Assembly (NCBI GenBank): GCA_951406725.2
Contig: OX597832.1
Span: 55,180,001-55,244,000, forward strand
Direction: 5' to 3'
Length of the DNA: 64,000 bases
DNA from: Octopus vulgaris
Taxonomy: Eukaryota
Part shown: positions 29,802 to 43,770 of the stretch, piece by piece
Position numbering within the stretch: the stretch's first letter is position 1
How the letters are laid out: each line of letters starts with the position of its first letter
Made by a program: the position numbers and the translations under genes
Notes under the pieces: generated by a model
The model's input: only the letters and a program-made list of their open reading frames with translations
Database searches by the model: none
What the model was told of the DNA's origin: nothing

Positions 29802-30449
29802 TTCATCAGATTTCCCATGCCACTACCGCCCGCCATACCCCATGACCGCCATATCAATGCAAACTAGTAATTGCATTGAATGGATTGTTGCATGCTTAAA
29901 GAAGATCGTGTGTGTGTGTGTGTGTGTTTGTCTGTGTGTGTGTGCGTGTGTGTGTGACGTCATTTGACTTCGATTCGTGTAATCATGCAAAAGCTCGCCA
30001 GGTTTAATAGAAATATCATTAGTGTCTTGCGAAACCAGGCTTTTTACTTCCTTATCACACGCATGCGTGCACACATACACACACACACACACACGCACGC
30101 ACTCGCACACACACTCGCACATATGCACGCACGCCCGCCCGCTCACGTGCGTGCACGCACACGTAAAGCCGAGCTTTCTATTCAGAAATTATCTGAGGAA
30201 ACCTGACTTAAAAGTTGTAATACGAACCAAACCACCCTAGATTGCATACTCACCGTTATCATCATCATCATCATCATAACTACCATCGCCATCATCATCG
30301 TCCTGATCATCAATCCACCCCCATCATCATCATCATCATCACTCAACCTGATATACTAAGACACGCCTTTCTCTCTCTCTCTCTCCTCATCCTACTCTTT
30401 TTCTTTATTCTCTCTCATGTTCTCTCTCCGTTTCTCTCTCTCTCTTTCT

Positions 30450-30485
<36 letters not shown>

Positions 30486-33254
30486 GTATCCTGTATGTAT
30501 TTTAAGCACGATAATATCTGTATCCAAGCAGACTTAATATGATATACTCTTTTTTTTTACTTGTTTCAGTCATGTGACTGTGGCCATGCTGGAGCACCGC
30601 CTTTAGTCGAGCAAATCGAACCCAGGACTTATTCTTTGTAAGCCTAGTACTTATTCTATCGGTCTTTTTTGCCGAACCGCTCGGTTGTCAAGTGATTGGG
30701 GGGGGGGCAAACGTATTCACACACAAACGTATTCACACACATACATATACATATACATATATATACATATACATATATATACATATACATACATATACAT
30801 ATATATACATATACATATATATACATATATATACATATACATATATATACATATATATATACGACGGGCTTGTTTCAGTTTCTGTCTACCAAATCCACTC
30901 ACAAGGCTTTGGTCGGCCTGAAGCTATAGTAGAAGACACTTGCCCAAGGTGCCACGCAGTGGGACTGAACCCGGAACCATGAGGTTCGTAAGCAAGTCTC
31001 TTGCCACACAGCCACTCCTACGCCTATACTGTTACTCTTCTCATATAAATATACATTATAGTTGTTGTTGTGACGGTTGTTGTTGTGATTTGTCGTTGTT
31101 TAGTCCCTGGTCAGTTCTGAGGAAACAGACCTTTGATTCAATCCGTTCCAGCAATGACATTACCGTCTTCTTTCGAACATTACATGTCAAGTAAAATCTA
31201 CGTTATCCCATATTATCCTCTGTGTACATAACCATTGTGCGTTCTTCAAAGGTTTCTGGCTGGTGTTTCTGTATATCACACAACTACGTTGACAGTGATT
31301 GGCTGGTGTTTCTAGCAGGTCGAATGACTGCGTAGATGGCTGCTACCTCACTGGTTCTTACAGATTTGCGACCAACCTTATTGAACGGACGATAGTGCGT
31401 ATTCGAGGGTGATTGGCTGGTGTTTCTTAGCAGGTCGAGCGATTACGTAGATGGCTGCTACCTCACTGGTTCTTACAGGTTTGTTGCCAGGTTTATTGAA
31501 CGGACGATAGTGCGTATTCGAGGGTGATTGTCTGGTGTTTCTAGCAGGTCGAATGACTACGTAGATGGCTACTACCTCACTCGTTCTTACGGATTTATGT
31601 CCAGCCTTAGTTAACGGACGATAGTGCGTATTTGAGGGTGACTGGCTGGTGTTTCTAGCAGGTCGAATGACTACGTAGATGGCTGCTACCTCACTGGTTT
31701 TTATAGATTTGCGACCAGCCTTATTTAACGGACCATAGTGCGTATTCGAGGGTGATTGGCTGGTGTTTCTAGCAGGTCGAGCGATTACGTAGATGGCTGC
31801 TACCTCACTGGTTTTTATAGATTTGCGGCCAGGCTTATTTAACGGACGTTAACCTCGATCTGTGTCGAGTTAACCTTCAAATCACCATCTTTGACTCATA
31901 TACGGCTTTTAACAACACCGGAAGGAACTAATTTTCGTACGCTTACATTTAAGCCTTTAGAGTTGATAGAGATTTTTTTTTTATAGCTTTTTAAACATTT
32001 TTAAGTTTCTCTTTTCTTTTTCGTTTCATCTTTTAATTATTGAAAGAGTATTCCATTCCAATTTACATATTTCAGCTATTAACAGTATTGCGTTTCCTGA
32101 GCCTCGTTCTCAATTTAATTTTTTTTTCTTCCTGTGTTTTTTTTTCTTTCTAATGTATATCTTTATATATAAAAGTGAAGTTGTGTGAGTGTCTGTCTCC
32201 TACGATTTAGATTCCTAGCTACTCCCACATTTTGCGGTGCAGTTTAACCAAAACCGGGTATCTTATAGTCGTGATTCATATCGAGCCCGTCTGAGTATTA
32301 GCGCGCGTCTACGATGAGTCTACGATTTTAAAAATAATTTAACATAATTTTTTATTCCATTTTAATGCATAATTTTTCGTGTGTCGATGGCGGCGGAGTT
32401 GGCGTCCACGCTCAAACACCTGCACCTGTTTGCTTCTCCCCCTTCTTCCCTCCCTCGTGAAGCTGTGGGGAAGGGAGTGTAAGGAAATCAACGTCGTAAA
32501 GCGTTGTCAAGGAGACCAGCGTTCTTTTAGAACAACGACTTCATGGCTTGAAGACACCAAAACAGAAATGGCTAAGAAAGCCCGAATTGGCATCTATAAA
32601 GGAAGTAACTCTCTGAAAATGCTTATATAGTTATTTCCCTTACAAAACCGAGCAACGCCGGGCGATGTTGCTAGTGAAGTTGTGTGTCTGTCTCCTACGA
32701 TTTAGATTCCTAACTACTCCCACATTTTGCGGTGCAGTTTAACCAAACCGGGTATCTTATAGTCGTGATTCATATCGAGCCTTTCTGGGTATTAGCGCGC
32801 GTCTACGATGAGTCTACGATTTTAAAAAATATTTACCATCTTTTTTTTCCATTTGAATGCATTTTTTTCGCTATTATATAAGGGAAGTAACTCTCTAAAA
32901 GTGTCTACGATGAGTCAACGATTTAAAAAAAAATTTACCATCATTTTCCCCCCATTTTTGATGCATTTTTTTGCAATAACTCTCTAAAAATGCTTATATA
33001 GTTATTTCCCTTACAAACCCGAGCAACGCCGGGCGATACTGCTAGTATCATATATAACACACTAAATTGAACGCGAGATCTATGTTTTTTGTATACGTGT
33101 GTGTGTGTGTGTGTGAATTCATTCGTTATGAGCTGCGCACTTTTCGCCCTTATGATGCAATATCTAATTATGCAAAAGTCTCTGAGCCGGAGACTATTTG
33201 CGTAATATGAATACATTCGAATTGGTCGGCTCTCTTTCTTTCTTTTTTTATCTT

Positions 33255-33298
<44 letters not shown>

Positions 33299-33730
33299 AC
33301 GCACATATATTACGACTTAATTTCTTTTTTTAACTGAGAATATTGCTTTTCCTGTTTTCGAGGTCATTCTTATCGTGTTCGTCGTGTTACCTTGAGATGA
33401 CTTACGAGTAAAGACTAAAAGTAAAAAGTTGACTAATGTAAGTAAGATCTTAGAAGACAAACTTCTGTAATGGGGGAACCAGGGCCCTTATGACCTTCGG
33501 CGGGATCCATGTTCAGAGTTCGCAGTTGAAATTTGTGCTGTAAATTGTTTATGCTTCTACAATACACATGGCTGTGTGGTAAGAAGCTTGCTTCCCAACC
33601 ACATGGTTCCGGGTTCAGTCCCACTGTGTAGCACCTTGGGCAAGTTTTTTCGGGCCGACCAAAACCTTGTGAGTGGATTTGGTAGATGGAAACTGATTGA
33701 AACCCGTCGTATACATACACAAACACACAC

Positions 33731-33794
<64 letters not shown>

Positions 33795-35239
33795 TCGACT
33801 TTTCCTTTCATCCTTTCGTGATCGATAAATCAAGTTCCAGTTGCGTACTAGGGTCGATCTAATCGACTAGCCCCCTCCCCAACAATTTCTGGCCTTGTAC
33901 TTAGAGTAGAAAAGATTTTTGGATTTATTTGGGTTTATCAGCCTATAAACATGATAGTTCTTTCTACTCTTGACAGTTTATTTATGGGGGGAAAGGATTA
34001 GTCGATTACAAGTGGCATTTATTTTATCGACATCGAAAGGATGAGAAACAAAATTGACCTCGGCGGAATTTGAATTCTAAGCATTTTCCTAGTTTGTTAA
34101 CAATTCTGTCTGCTCACCGCGTTAATAAAATTTAAAAAATATTGATTTCAAATTTTGGTATAGGGCGAGCAAATTCATAAGTGAGGAGTTAAGTCGATTA
34201 GATCGATCCTCGTGCTCTAATGTTACTTATTTTATCGATACCGATACGATGAAAGGCAAAGTCGACCTGGGCGACATTTGAACTCAGAACGTAAAGACGG
34301 ACGAAATGCCGCTAGCCATTTTGTTCAGTATTCCTAACAGTTGTTTTTTGTTTGTTCCTTCTCGAGCCATGCCTGGCTCATTAGGGCCGGTTTCCCGGTT
34401 TCCTTGGTGTATAGGTTCCCCGCCTGGACGGGACGCCGGTCCGTCGCTGGTGAGCTGCAAGATCCAGGAGGAGGCGCGTGGAGCTTAGGTGTTTCGCTTG
34501 TAAACACACACATCGCCCGGTCTGAGATTCGAACCCGCGATCCCTTGACTGCGAGGTCCGCTGCTCTAACCACTAGGCCACGTGCCTCCACATTCCTAAC
34601 AGTGCCAAAGACCAAAGAATAATAGATACGGTACAGCAAATGGTTTGCAGTATTTAGTTTCCATTGCTCTGCAAGATCTAATTCCGCCTGGATAATTTTA
34701 ACCTTTCCTCTCTGCAGGGTCACTGGAGTAACTTCCCAGTCCTGTATTTGTGCCATTGTGGGGAAATCAGATGGGAAATCAACTAAGCAGTTCTTAGTTC
34801 ATTTTAAGTTAAATTCTCAAAGAATTTGATACAATAATTACTGAAAGAATCGGCTTCGTGGGGAACAGGAAAAAAAAAAAAAAAATATCTGTGACTAACT
34901 GATGCAGCAGCAGCAGCAGCAGTAGTAGCAGCATTGTTGGATCGCCGAAGACTGGGTTCTGTTGATTATTTTTATTTTCCGAGTTCTTTCAAGTCGTTTT
35001 GTATTTTTAACCAATCTCTGGGGGACGAGGAAGTCATTATGAAGGAGCTGGAAGTTAGGTACATGACCTGTCGAAGATATTATATAGGATAAAGCTTTAA
35101 AGGGCCTGGGATGGGTCCATTCACCCCCACCCCTCTACCACCGTATATATAAATCGCTTATGGAGCTTATTCTTGTTTTCTTCATCCCGATACATCCGTA
35201 TATATATATAAAATATGTATGTATGTATGTATTTATTTA

Positions 35240-35286
<47 letters not shown>

Positions 35287-35399
35287 GTATATATGTGTGT
35301 GTATGTGTGTATATATATATATGTGTGTGTATGTGTGTATATATATGTGTGTGTGTATGTGTATATATATTGTGTGTGTATGCGTATATATATATATAT

Positions 35400-35450
<51 letters not shown>

Positions 35451-35554
35451 TATTGTAAAGCCTGATACTTATTGTATCATTAGTTTTTGCTGAACCGCTA
35501 AGTTACGGGGAGGTAGACACACCAACACCGGTTGCCAAGTGATACTGAGGCACA

Positions 35555-35585
<31 letters not shown>

Positions 35586-37165
35586 ATGCGGCGGGCTTCT
35601 TTCAGTTTCCGACCATCAAATTCACTCACAAATTCACTCCGAAGCTAGAGTAGAAGACAGCTACCCAAGTTGCCATGCAGTGGGGCTGTTTTATAGAAAT
35701 TATAGAAAAAATAATAATAAATAAACCTCATTTTCAAACTTATTTATCCAAATTTACGTCGATCTCAGAGCATAAATTTCTTTTTAAAACATCTAACAGC
35801 CGATACTGAAGTGGATATTCGAATAAAATACGTGTGAAAAATATGTGGAAACCAATTTATTGAAATAGATAAGATATAAGCTAATGAATTTTTTAAAGTG
35901 TTTTTCTGTTTCGTCGTTTTACGAATTAAATCACATGTCTTGGAGCCATTTACAGACATAAGCTGATATAAGCCTATATTTTTAATTACGGGACTTAAAA
36001 ACAGAAATAACCACAGCAACAGCAATAACAACAGCAGCAGTGGTGATGGAACGAGTCGGGTGGAGCTTGGGGTAATCATTTCTACAGAGCGATGAGGGAT
36101 TTGTTACTCTACAGCGAAAGTAAAGGTTTCTCAAACAACGTTTAACGCTAAACTGTTTTGCAATATTAAATATCTGGCGTATGCCACGTCAACAGTTATA
36201 AGCAGACGTTTGAACTTCAACTGGTTTTTTTTTTTTCTCTTTTTTATTATTAGACACCAGTGGATCGTGTTCATTAGCAAGTTACAAAACACCATTTCGT
36301 TTTTTAACCCGTTGAATGAGAAAGCATGGGAACATGTAACACACAGACGCACACGTATCCTGCTGCTGTTGTGTGTGTCTGTTGCCGTTTTGTCTTCCCT
36401 CTTTGTGTGTGGTATTTAGGAAGGGAGAAATTGCTGTAAAGTTTTACGAGAAATGTGAGATTTTTTTCCGCCGTTCCATCTCAACTACGCACATTGTGTC
36501 TTTTGTGTTTCTGTCTCTATCGAAAATAGATCGTAGGGAAATATTTTTTTATATAGACAAAAAGAGTTTAAAAAACCTGACGAGGAACACGTAACCAGCC
36601 TGGGTCTTTTGCTTACAGTTCGTGAGAAAAATGTAAATATCACCAACTGTTATAGCTCGGCTTTTGATGTTTAATATAATATAAGCGAATTTGTGTTATT
36701 TTAAAGATAATAAAATGAGTTAAAAATACTAATTTAAACGTGTACATTGGTAAGAGATGTAATGCTAGTCATTTTGTTTCCTTTTCTGTACGGATTTTAA
36801 AGATTTGTAAAGTCGGCTCTACGACATCAATTCTAGGCTATTCGGTGCGTTGATTCAACTGTCCTAGATATAATGGCTTCGTTATCGATGTATTTTGACT
36901 AAACCCGCAGTAATTTTGTATTAGGAGAGACAGAGGTGTGTATGTGTGTGAGAGAGATCGATAATAATAACTGATTCTCGTATAATACCAATACCTGTTT
37001 TATTGACTTGAAGTGGATACGAAAACTAAACTCAATCTGGACGGAAAGTCAACTAATGACAGCAGCGATATATGTGTTTGTGTATGTATGTGTGTGTGTG
37101 TGTGTGTGTGTATCTATATATCTATATACACACACACATATATATGGTATATATGTATATGTATG

Positions 37166-37209
<44 letters not shown>

Positions 37210-37315
37210 TAATCCAAACAAGAAAACAAAAAGACAACAACGCGAGGATGTGGAACAAATAAAGTATTATTGGACGCTCAGGAAAGAAGGAAGAAATATA
37301 TATATATACACACAC

Positions 37316-37364
<49 letters not shown>

Positions 37365-37491
37365 GGTATGTATGTGTGTATATACATATGTATGTATACA
37401 TATATATATATATAGTATGTATGTATACATATATATATATAGTATATATGTATATATATATATATACGTATACATATAGTATATATGTATG

Positions 37492-37538
<47 letters not shown>

Positions 37539-37857
37539 AACTAGTTGTTGCTGTGAAGTGTTCATGTCCGTTTACTTGAAGACGCGATCGACTTAGCGGG
37601 AAAACGAATAGTTTTTTTAGGGTTTTTTTCTTCTTTTTTTTTCTTTCTGACGAATACAGGGTGTGAAGTTTGAAAACCGGATATAATTTTACGGCAGTAA
37701 TAAGCTCGATGTGATGTTCGCCAATATATTTATTGTACGTATGTGTACATGTGTTATATATATACATATATATATATACGCATACACACATGTACTCATA
37801 AGCAAATACATAAAGGCAATATGCACGCAAATACATACACATCTACAAATGTGTACG

Positions 37858-37903
<46 letters not shown>

Positions 37904-38181
37904 AAATCAATTTTAAATAAAATTAAGTATGGCCGGATTAGGATTTCAGTACAGATTAAACTTTATATTTAGTACATTAGGATTACGGTTTTAAATAAAG
38001 GCAGTTTCGGTGACGTCTCTTCTCCCCATCTCCCTACTTTCCTTTCTTTCTTTCTTTCTTTCTTTCTCCCCCCCCCCCTCTTATTAGCATAAACAATACG
38101 CTGTTGTATTTTTTCCTGATAATATTATTGCCAACTGTAGGGATTTATCTGGTTATCTCATAAATACATTCGATTTTGGTG
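23774..38181 (+). repeat. Copy 2 of the ~14.5 kb duplication; repeats every SINE, Helitron, minisatellite and microsatellite of copy 1
   Basis: Starts with the same taaatgcgtattaggt right after the gap and matches through cattcgattttggtg, then runs into a SINE. Confidence 0.97.
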
Positions 38182-38564
38182 GAGGCGCAATGGCCCAGTG
38201 GTTAGGGCAGCGGACTCGCGGTCATGGGAACGCGGTTTCGATTCCCAGACCAGGTGTTGTGAGTGTTTATTGAGCGAAAACACTTAAAGCTCCACGAGGC
38301 TCCGGCAGTGGGTGGTGGTGATCCCTGCTGTACTCTTTCACCACAACTTTTTCTCACTCTTACTTCCTGTTTCTGTTGTACCTGTATTTCAAAGGGCCGG
38401 CCTTGTCACTCTCTGTGTCACGCTGAATATCCCCGAGAACTACGTTAAGGGTACTCGTGTCTGTGGAGTGCTCAGCCACTTACACGTTAATTTCACGAGA
38501 AGGCTGTTCCGTTGATTCGGATCAACCGGAACCCTCATCGTCGTAACCGACGGAGTGTTTCTCA
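38178..38564 (+). mobile_element. SINE family C (well-preserved tRNA head; OR1-like), full length with a 12-bp TSD
   Basis: A-box tggcccagtgg and B-box gtttcgattccc; acattcgatttt at 38166-38177 and 38565-38576. Confidence 0.92.
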
Positions 38565-39042
38565 ACATTCGATTTTAAAATTTTGGGGTTTTTGAATCAG
38601 CAACACAAACGCGTGTGCGTGCGAGCGTACACACACTTTGTATTTTTAATAAACAGCACCTCACCTCCATAAAAGACACTATCTCCGAGCGAAAACCGGA
38701 GTAAATTTCCATTTTTGCAATGCATTTGCATTCAAAGTCAGAAATAGCGCTCTCTCTCTCTCACTCTCTTTCGTATATTGCTATTATGTTAAACTGTCGT
38801 ATGTCCAAATTTGGCCAAATACGTATTTTTTCAATATGTATTTTGCATACAAATAGCCGGTTCTTTTGGTCAAACTATTGTATCTCCAGCTGCTTCAGAT
38901 GCCAAGATATTAAAAATTGTCAAAGTGTAGTACAATGGTTTTGCTATGGAATGGTGGAACTACTTTTGCGCCTTCTGAAAAAGCAACGTTTTGGACTCAC
39001 GATACTTTTGCATAATAGCAACGGTGTATATATATATATATC

Positions 39043-39180
39043 TGGATTAATCAGCCGAAATTGCTAAGATGATCCGGTTCCCGACTGAAGATTAGAGGCT
39101 TCGAATGACCCGTCTGTTTTTTTTGTGTCGTCTCTTTGTGTGTTTTTGCGTTCTTGTCCCATTTTGTAATTTATATTTAA
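39043..39180 (+). mobile_element. Unclassified interspersed repeat family F (other copies ~44535-44780 and ~52035-52170)
   Basis: Shared cagccgaaattgc...gactgaagattagaggcttcgaatgacccgtc...ttttgcgttcttgtcccattttgta. Confidence 0.75.
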
Positions 39181-39203
39181 TTTCTCTCTCTATATATATA
39201 TAA

Positions 39204-39295
39204 AAATCTGCACCGGCATCTCTTCAGTTATCGAGGTAATCAAAATATGCATATTTTTATTGCCTCGATAACTGAAGAGATGCCGGTGCAGGTTT
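39204..39295. repeat. 92-bp spacerless palindrome (inverted partial duplication)
   Basis: Two 46-bp arms with 3 mismatches, centred on aaaatatg|catatttt. Confidence 0.95.
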
Positions 39296-39327
39296 CCGCC
39301 CCGACATCCGAAACTCGGAGTTTTATT
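39267..39327 (+). ncRNA. Type I hammerhead ribozyme candidate (PLE-type)
   Basis: Stem I gataa/ttatt; core CTGAAGA (39272-39278); stem II gatgccgg/ccgacatc (one mismatch, one extra C before GAAA); GAAA; stem III ACTC-G-GAGT; GTT triplet, predicted cut after 39322. Confidence 0.65.
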
Positions 39328-39430
39328 ATGGCAACCGAATAATTATCACATATTATATTACACATAAATTCCTCTATTTACATAATATCGAAGTCTCTTT
39401 CATTCTCATGTTGTCTTACCATTACTATTA

Positions 39431-39480
<50 letters not shown>

Positions 39481-39869
39481 GTATATTTTGTTCATAAGTT
39501 GGACGTAGGCGAGAAAAATATGTTTTATGTGTAACGAATTGAAAATCAGACTTCATTCACCTGAACAATAAACGGTTCTATCAGTAAGCTAAAGGTCACG
39601 TTATGCTGATATCCAATTGATAAGATACCGTTATTTGTTCAGAAAATATCCACTTAGGAAACAGCTTCGCAATTACCATATATCTGTAAGAAATAAGAAA
39701 ATAATTGGGTTAGTTCAGTATCGTCTCTTATTTCCTGTTCTGTCATCTCCAGATTCGGCATTTGTCAGCTGATCCTTTTATTCTTTCACTTGTATTAGTC
39801 ATTAGACTGCGCCCATGCTGGGCCACCGCCTTGAGGGATTTTAGTCGAATGTATCGATTCTATCGTTCT

Positions 39870-40194
39870 CTTTTGCCGAACCACATGGTTCCGGGTCCAG
39901 TCCCACTTCGTGACACTTTTGGACAGTTGTCTTCTACTATAGCCTCGAGTCGACCAAGGCCTTGTGAGTGTATTTGGTAGACGGAAACTGAAAGAAACCC
40001 GCCGAATATATGCATATGTATATATATATGTGTGTGTGTGTGGTGTTTATGTCTTTGTAACTTAGCAGTTCGGCGAAAAAGACCGATAGAATAAGTACTA
40101 GGTTTACAAAGAATAAGTCCTGATGTCGGCTTTCTTCGGACAAAAGACGCTGCTCCAGCATGGCCGCAGTCAGATGACTGAAACAAGTAAAAGA

Positions 40195-40195
<1 letters not shown>
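39870..40195 (+). mobile_element. SINE family A, fused to an oppositely oriented A fragment at ~39780-39880
   Basis: ccacatggttccggg...gactgaaacaagtaaaag. Confidence 0.85.
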
Positions 40196-40255
<60 letters not shown>

Positions 40256-40885
40256 TTGTGGAGGTGTTACGCAAGTGTACACATATTTTTTTCGTTCATA
40301 TTTCCATGTGAACAGATGTCGGCTATCTTCCTGCCACCTATCCGACAGACGACCTATAAACTAACCAACGAGACCTCCGGTGTTGTCGCACGTTGTGCTA
40401 GATATAGAAACCAAACCTCTCTTGAATTTCACAGTCGCCGCCTTTAAAACTGACTGAACAATGAAGCCTCGATATACACTACGATTAAAAAGAAGAAATA
40501 AACGAACAGAAAAAACAACAACAAGAAAAAAAAAACAGGATGTTTATTCTCTGAAATGCTTATGACTTTCCGAGACCAGGCTGACCTGGGGCTAAACTAT
40601 ATCAACTATTTATCAGCTCATCCATTCATCCGTCCATATATGAACATAATACATACATGCGTATATGTGTGAGTATAAGTATACATGTACACGCGCACAC
40701 ACACACACAGATATATAGGGTGTATGTAGCGTGTGAGTGTATGAATATATGTATTTTGTGCAGTATTTGTGTGTGTGTGTGTATGTATATATATATATAT
40801 ATGTGTGTGCGTGTGTATATATATATGTGTGTATATATATGTGTGTGTATATATGTGTGTGTGTATATATATATATGTGTATGTG

Positions 40886-40916
<31 letters not shown>

Positions 40917-41283
40917 ATATATAGGATGTATGTGTATGGATATATTTTGTGTAGTGTATATACATATATGTGTGTGTGTATTTGTATTGTATATGTGTTT
41001 ATATGTACAAATATTGTATGTATGTATTAAATTGTGTGTGTATATACGGGAATGTGCGTAAGCGAATATTTATGTGTATGTATATAAACATATATATGTA
41101 TAAATCTGTATATATGATGTATAGTGTGTATAAATGTGTGCTTAATGCATCGATATTTTTACGTATCCGACGGTATTTCGTTGCCTTCCCCAACATTTAT
41201 TTCTGCTAGCTTCCGTTTCATCATCCGGTATGCGTGGAATGCGAGGTGTACAACAGAGGAAAGCAAAAGGAAAATATATCTAC

Positions 41284-41314
<31 letters not shown>

Positions 41315-41452
41315 GTACACACGTATATTATTGTTGTTCTTTGAATGTGTGTAAAATGAAAAGATTGTCAAAAGAGGTTGAGATTTGAAAAATGATAGCG
41401 AATGCTACAAACGTGTGTAATAATTTCTGTGTGCATGCGTATAGCTAACTGG

Positions 41453-41509
<57 letters not shown>

Positions 41510-41738
41510 GGAGGCGGTGAGCTGGCAGAATCGTTAGCACACCGGGCGAAATGCATTAGCGGTATTTCGTCTGCCGCTACGTCCTGAGTTCAAATTCCGC
41601 TGAGGTCGACTTTGCCTTTAAATCCATTTCGGGGTCGATTAATTAAGTACCAGTGAAACTCTGGTGGGGTCGATCTAATCGACTAGTCAGTCCCCTTCCC
41701 CAAAATTTCAGGCTTTGTGCCTCCAGTAGAAAGGATTA

Positions 41739-41782
<44 letters not shown>

Positions 41783-42007
41783 GGAGGCGGTGAGCTGGCA
41801 GAATCGTTAGCACACCGGGCGAAATGCATTAGCGGTATTTCGTCTGCCGTTACGTTCTGAGTTCAAATTCCGCTGAGGTCGACTTTGCCTTTAAATCCAT
41901 TTCGGGGTCGATTAATTAAGTACCAGTGAAACTCTGGTGGGGTCGATCTAATCGACTAGTCAGTCCCCTTCCCCAAAATTTCAGGCTTTGTGCCTCCAGT
42001 AGAAAGG

Positions 42008-42052
<45 letters not shown>

Positions 42053-42280
42053 GGAGGCGGTGAGCTGGCAGAATCGTTAGCACACCGGGCGAAATGCATT
42101 AGCGGTATTTCGTCTGCCGTTACGTTCTGAGTTCAAATTCCGCTGAGGTCGACTTTGCCTTTAAATCCATTTCGGGGTCGATTAATTAAGTACCAGTGAA
42201 ACTCTGGGGGGTCGATCTAATCGACTAGTCAGTCCCCTTCCCCAAAATTTCAGGCTTTGTGCCTCCAGTAGAAAGGATTA

Positions 42281-42339
<59 letters not shown>

Positions 42340-42568
42340 GGAGGCGGTGAGCTGGCAGAATCGTTAGCACACCGGGCGAAATGCATTAGCGGTATTTCGT
42401 CTGCCGTTACGTTCTGAGTTCAAATTCCGCTGAGATCGACTTTGCCTTTAAATCCATTTCGGGGTCGATTAATTAAGTACCAGTGAAACTCTGGTGGGGT
42501 CGATCTAATCGACTAGTCAGTCCCCTTCCCCAAAATTTCAGGCTTTGTGCCTCCAGTAGAAAGGATTA

Positions 42569-42624
<56 letters not shown>

Positions 42625-42853
42625 GGAGGCGGTGAGCTGGCAGAATCGTTAGCACACCGGGCGAAATGCATTAGCGGTATTTCGTCTGCCGCTACGTTCT
42701 GAGTTCAAATTCCGCTGAGATCGACTTTGCCTTTAAATCCATTTCGGGGTCGATTAATTAAGTACCAGTGAAACTCTGGGGGGGTCGATCTAATCGACTA
42801 GTCAGTCCCCTTCCCCAAAATTTCAGGCTTTGTGCCTCCAGTAGAAAGGATTA

Positions 42854-42909
<56 letters not shown>

Positions 42910-43137
42910 GGAGGCGGTGAGCTGGCAGAATCGTTAGCACACCGGGCGAAATACATTAGCGGTATTTCGTCTGCCGTTACGTTCTGGGTTCAAATTCCGC
43001 TGAGATCGACTTTGCCTTTAAATCCATTTCGGGGTCGATTAATTAAGTACCAGTGAAACTCGGGGGGGTCGATGTAATCGACTGGTCAGTCCCCTTCCCC
43101 AAAATTTCAGGCTTTGTGCCTCCAGTAGAAAGGATTA

Positions 43138-43172
<35 letters not shown>
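41510..43172 (+). repeat. Tandem array of six full-length family B SINEs separated by (ATT)n
   Basis: Units start ggaggcggtgagctggcagaatcg at 41510, 41783, 42053, 42340, 42625 and 42910. Each is ~225 bp ending gtagaaaggatt. A leading (ATT)n tract lies at 41453-41509. Confidence 0.96.
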
Positions 43173-43345
43173 AGTACTGGCATACCTCAACTTACGTCTG
43201 TAAGTGGTTGCAAGACATGCAACATAAGTCGAAAAACGACGTAATACGGAAAGCTTTATGTGTTTTAATAAAAGGTTTCTACATATTTTCACATCTTTGA
43301 TTTGATTTTCTGCTTCAGAGAAGTCAACTTTAATATAAAAATCCC

Positions 43346-43425
<80 letters not shown>

Positions 43426-43467
43426 ACTAAACAGTTACCGACTTGGGATGAAAAAAATGTCAAAAAT

Positions 43468-43770
43468 GCGCGGGCGTGGTTGTATGGTAAGTAGCTTGCT
43501 TACTTACCGACCACGTGGTTCTGGGTTCTGTCTCGCTGCGTGGCACCTTGAGCAAGTGTCTTTTACTGTAGCCTCGGTAGACGGAAACTGAAGGAGTTGT
43601 ATATGTTTGTGTGTGTGTTTGTCCCCCCCGCCATCGCTTGACAACCGATGGTGGTGTGTTTAGAGTCCCCGTAACTTAGCGGTTCGACAAAAGAGACCGA
43701 TAGAATAAGTACTAGGCTTACAACAAATAAGTCCTGGGGTCGATTTGCTCGACTAAAAGTAAAAGTAAAA
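43468..43770 (+). mobile_element. SINE family A, internally deleted
   Basis: Head, CORE-like segment and the gtcctggggtcgatttgctcgac module are present. Confidence 0.85.

Noticed and set aside
38181-38255. tRNA gene
   Set aside because: A and B boxes are present, but the sequence continues into a multicopy SINE body with a TSD and has no clean acceptor stem.
41160-41240. Minus-strand hammerhead-like ATGATGA...GAAATACCGTC
   Set aside because: The core is mutated and no stem II can be formed.
41510-43172. CRISPR-like repeat/spacer appearance (also the 114-bp array)
   Set aside because: Units are SINE or minisatellite copies, the 'spacers' are ATT tracts, there are no cas genes, and the context is eukaryotic.
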